The position numbers and the translations under genes are program-made. From Hormiphora californensis (Eukaryota > Animalia > Ctenophora), in the NCBI GenBank assembly GCA_020137815.1, contig CM035358.1, positions 6,448,001 to 6,512,000 on the forward strand: a stretch of 64,000 nucleotides of DNA, written 5' to 3'. Positions 62,777-64,000 of the stretch are shown here, one piece after another; the stretch's first letter is position 1; each line of letters opens with the position of its first letter. The notes below the pieces were generated by a model. That model was given only the letters and a program-made list of their open reading frames with translations, searched no databases and was not told the DNA's origin.

Positions 62777-63879
62777 TGAATACATCTACTGTTCTACCCA
62801 GTCCAAACTCCAATATCAAGACACTATAACGGTGCTGGTATCACTATTACAAATAATTAAAAAATTGATCAAATCAAGACCAATTTATCAAGATATTTTT
62901 CCTCTCTCTATATGCTGAACCAGCAAATGCATTGTTAGATAGATAGAGAGCAGATTCTACAAGATATCTCTTTTCAGATGTTCCTGACTTTGGAAGCACC
63001 TCCCCCGACACCTCTATCGGCCAATACACACCCACCCAATCCCAATCCATCACGTGGTCAATGGAATTGTGTGATAGTTCAGAGGACATCGCATTCGTAT
63101 ACAAGTGAGTGCACTTTCATCCCTTTACTAACATTAGCAATTAATTAATTAGTGATTAGTATATCTCAGACCCTGTACTTTTTGAAAGTGTGTGGTTGTG
63201 TGACTGTATTAACGACTGCACAGTTTGGTGAACACGTGACAACCCCACTACTTCTTAAAAGTGTGGGTGCTTTGGTACTCCTCAACTTTTTCTCCCGGTT
63301 TTACTCAACAATGGTGGTATGTTTTACCAATTAACAAGCGCAATTTAACTGCCACGTAACGCTATGTCTACCTAGGGTGTGGTTGAAGGATACAGCGGGT
63401 AATCTTGAGTTGGGATACTTCATTGGAACTACCAAGGCTAACATCGTCCTAATGGATCCTCTATTTGTACTAAAAGAAAAGGTGAATTATTGATGAATGA
63501 AGGAGTTTCATTCAATCATTGAACTTTAATGAATGGAGATTGTTCATGAGCACTTTCACTTTTAATCAATTAAGAATTCATTATCTTCTCAGACCAAAGA
63601 ATCCTGTGTTATTGAATTGTTTACAATGTCAGGCAACAGTGTTATCTGTGACTCAACTGTTTCACTTGGTATCGAAGACACCTCACACCGGGCGACCTTC
63701 GCGGGCGCTGGCAAGGGGTAACTTCGTAACCAACTGTTTCACCCAATTTAATGTTTTTAATCCGTTTTAGATTCCTTTTATCCGGGTACAAAACTTTGGA
63801 CGGGGTTTGAATTGGCAGACAATAACTCTTTATGTCATCGACATGGACTCCACTACCTACCAAATCGATATTATAACAG
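62777..63879 (+). CDS. Exons of an unidentified spliced gene (partial)
   Basis: AG/GT-bounded open segments at ~62777-62838, 62978-63104, 63377-63481, 63594-63717 and 63771-63879 (for example DVPDFGSTSPDTSIGQY..., VWLKDTAGNLELGYFIG...). No family recognised. Confidence 0.45.
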
Positions 63880-64000
63880 GTTACAACACGTTAATTTTAA
63901 ATAATTCAAGGGAGAGTCTATGACTGTTACTTGTGACCTGTTGATCCCCCTTAATTCAGATTATATCTGCATTTTATGATTCAATAATTAAACCAAAAAC

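Noticed and set aside
62874-63104. Minus-strand 76-aa ORF
   Set aside because: The plus strand shows AG/GT-bounded exons here, so this ORF is probably an antisense shadow.

Overview
Eukaryotic, intron-rich animal DNA. The gene style and a recurrent ~109-bp MITE suggest a ctenophore such as Pleurobrachia, but this is inference from recall. Genes from left to right: a minus-strand secreted or surface multi-Ig gene running off the left edge; an intronless ABCG/white-like transporter (-); intronless PAQR3 (+); glycogen debranching enzyme AGL (+, ~19.4-42.2 kb); P5A-ATPase ATP13A1 (+); THOC7 (+); a RUN-domain PLEKHM2/SKIP-like gene (+); ShKT+Sushi exons with signal-peptide exons (-); and an unidentified spliced gene at the right edge. 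Mobile DNA includes a young 5'-truncated CRE-like non-LTR retrotransposon inside a palindromic MITE, a 1.34-kb CAC...GTG foldback element, and hAT-, Tc1- and Kolobok-type MITEs. The most striking feature is a 6.2-kb array of near-identical 321-bp units inside an AGL intron. Each unit carries a Pol III-type, non-canonical tRNA-like gene (18 full copies), arranged as a head-to-head palindrome and bounded by a 12-bp direct repeat that contains the intron's acceptor. Tandem duplications centred on splice junctions recur throughout. Parts of 59-62.6 kb look like low-quality sequence. Exon boundaries were read by eye.
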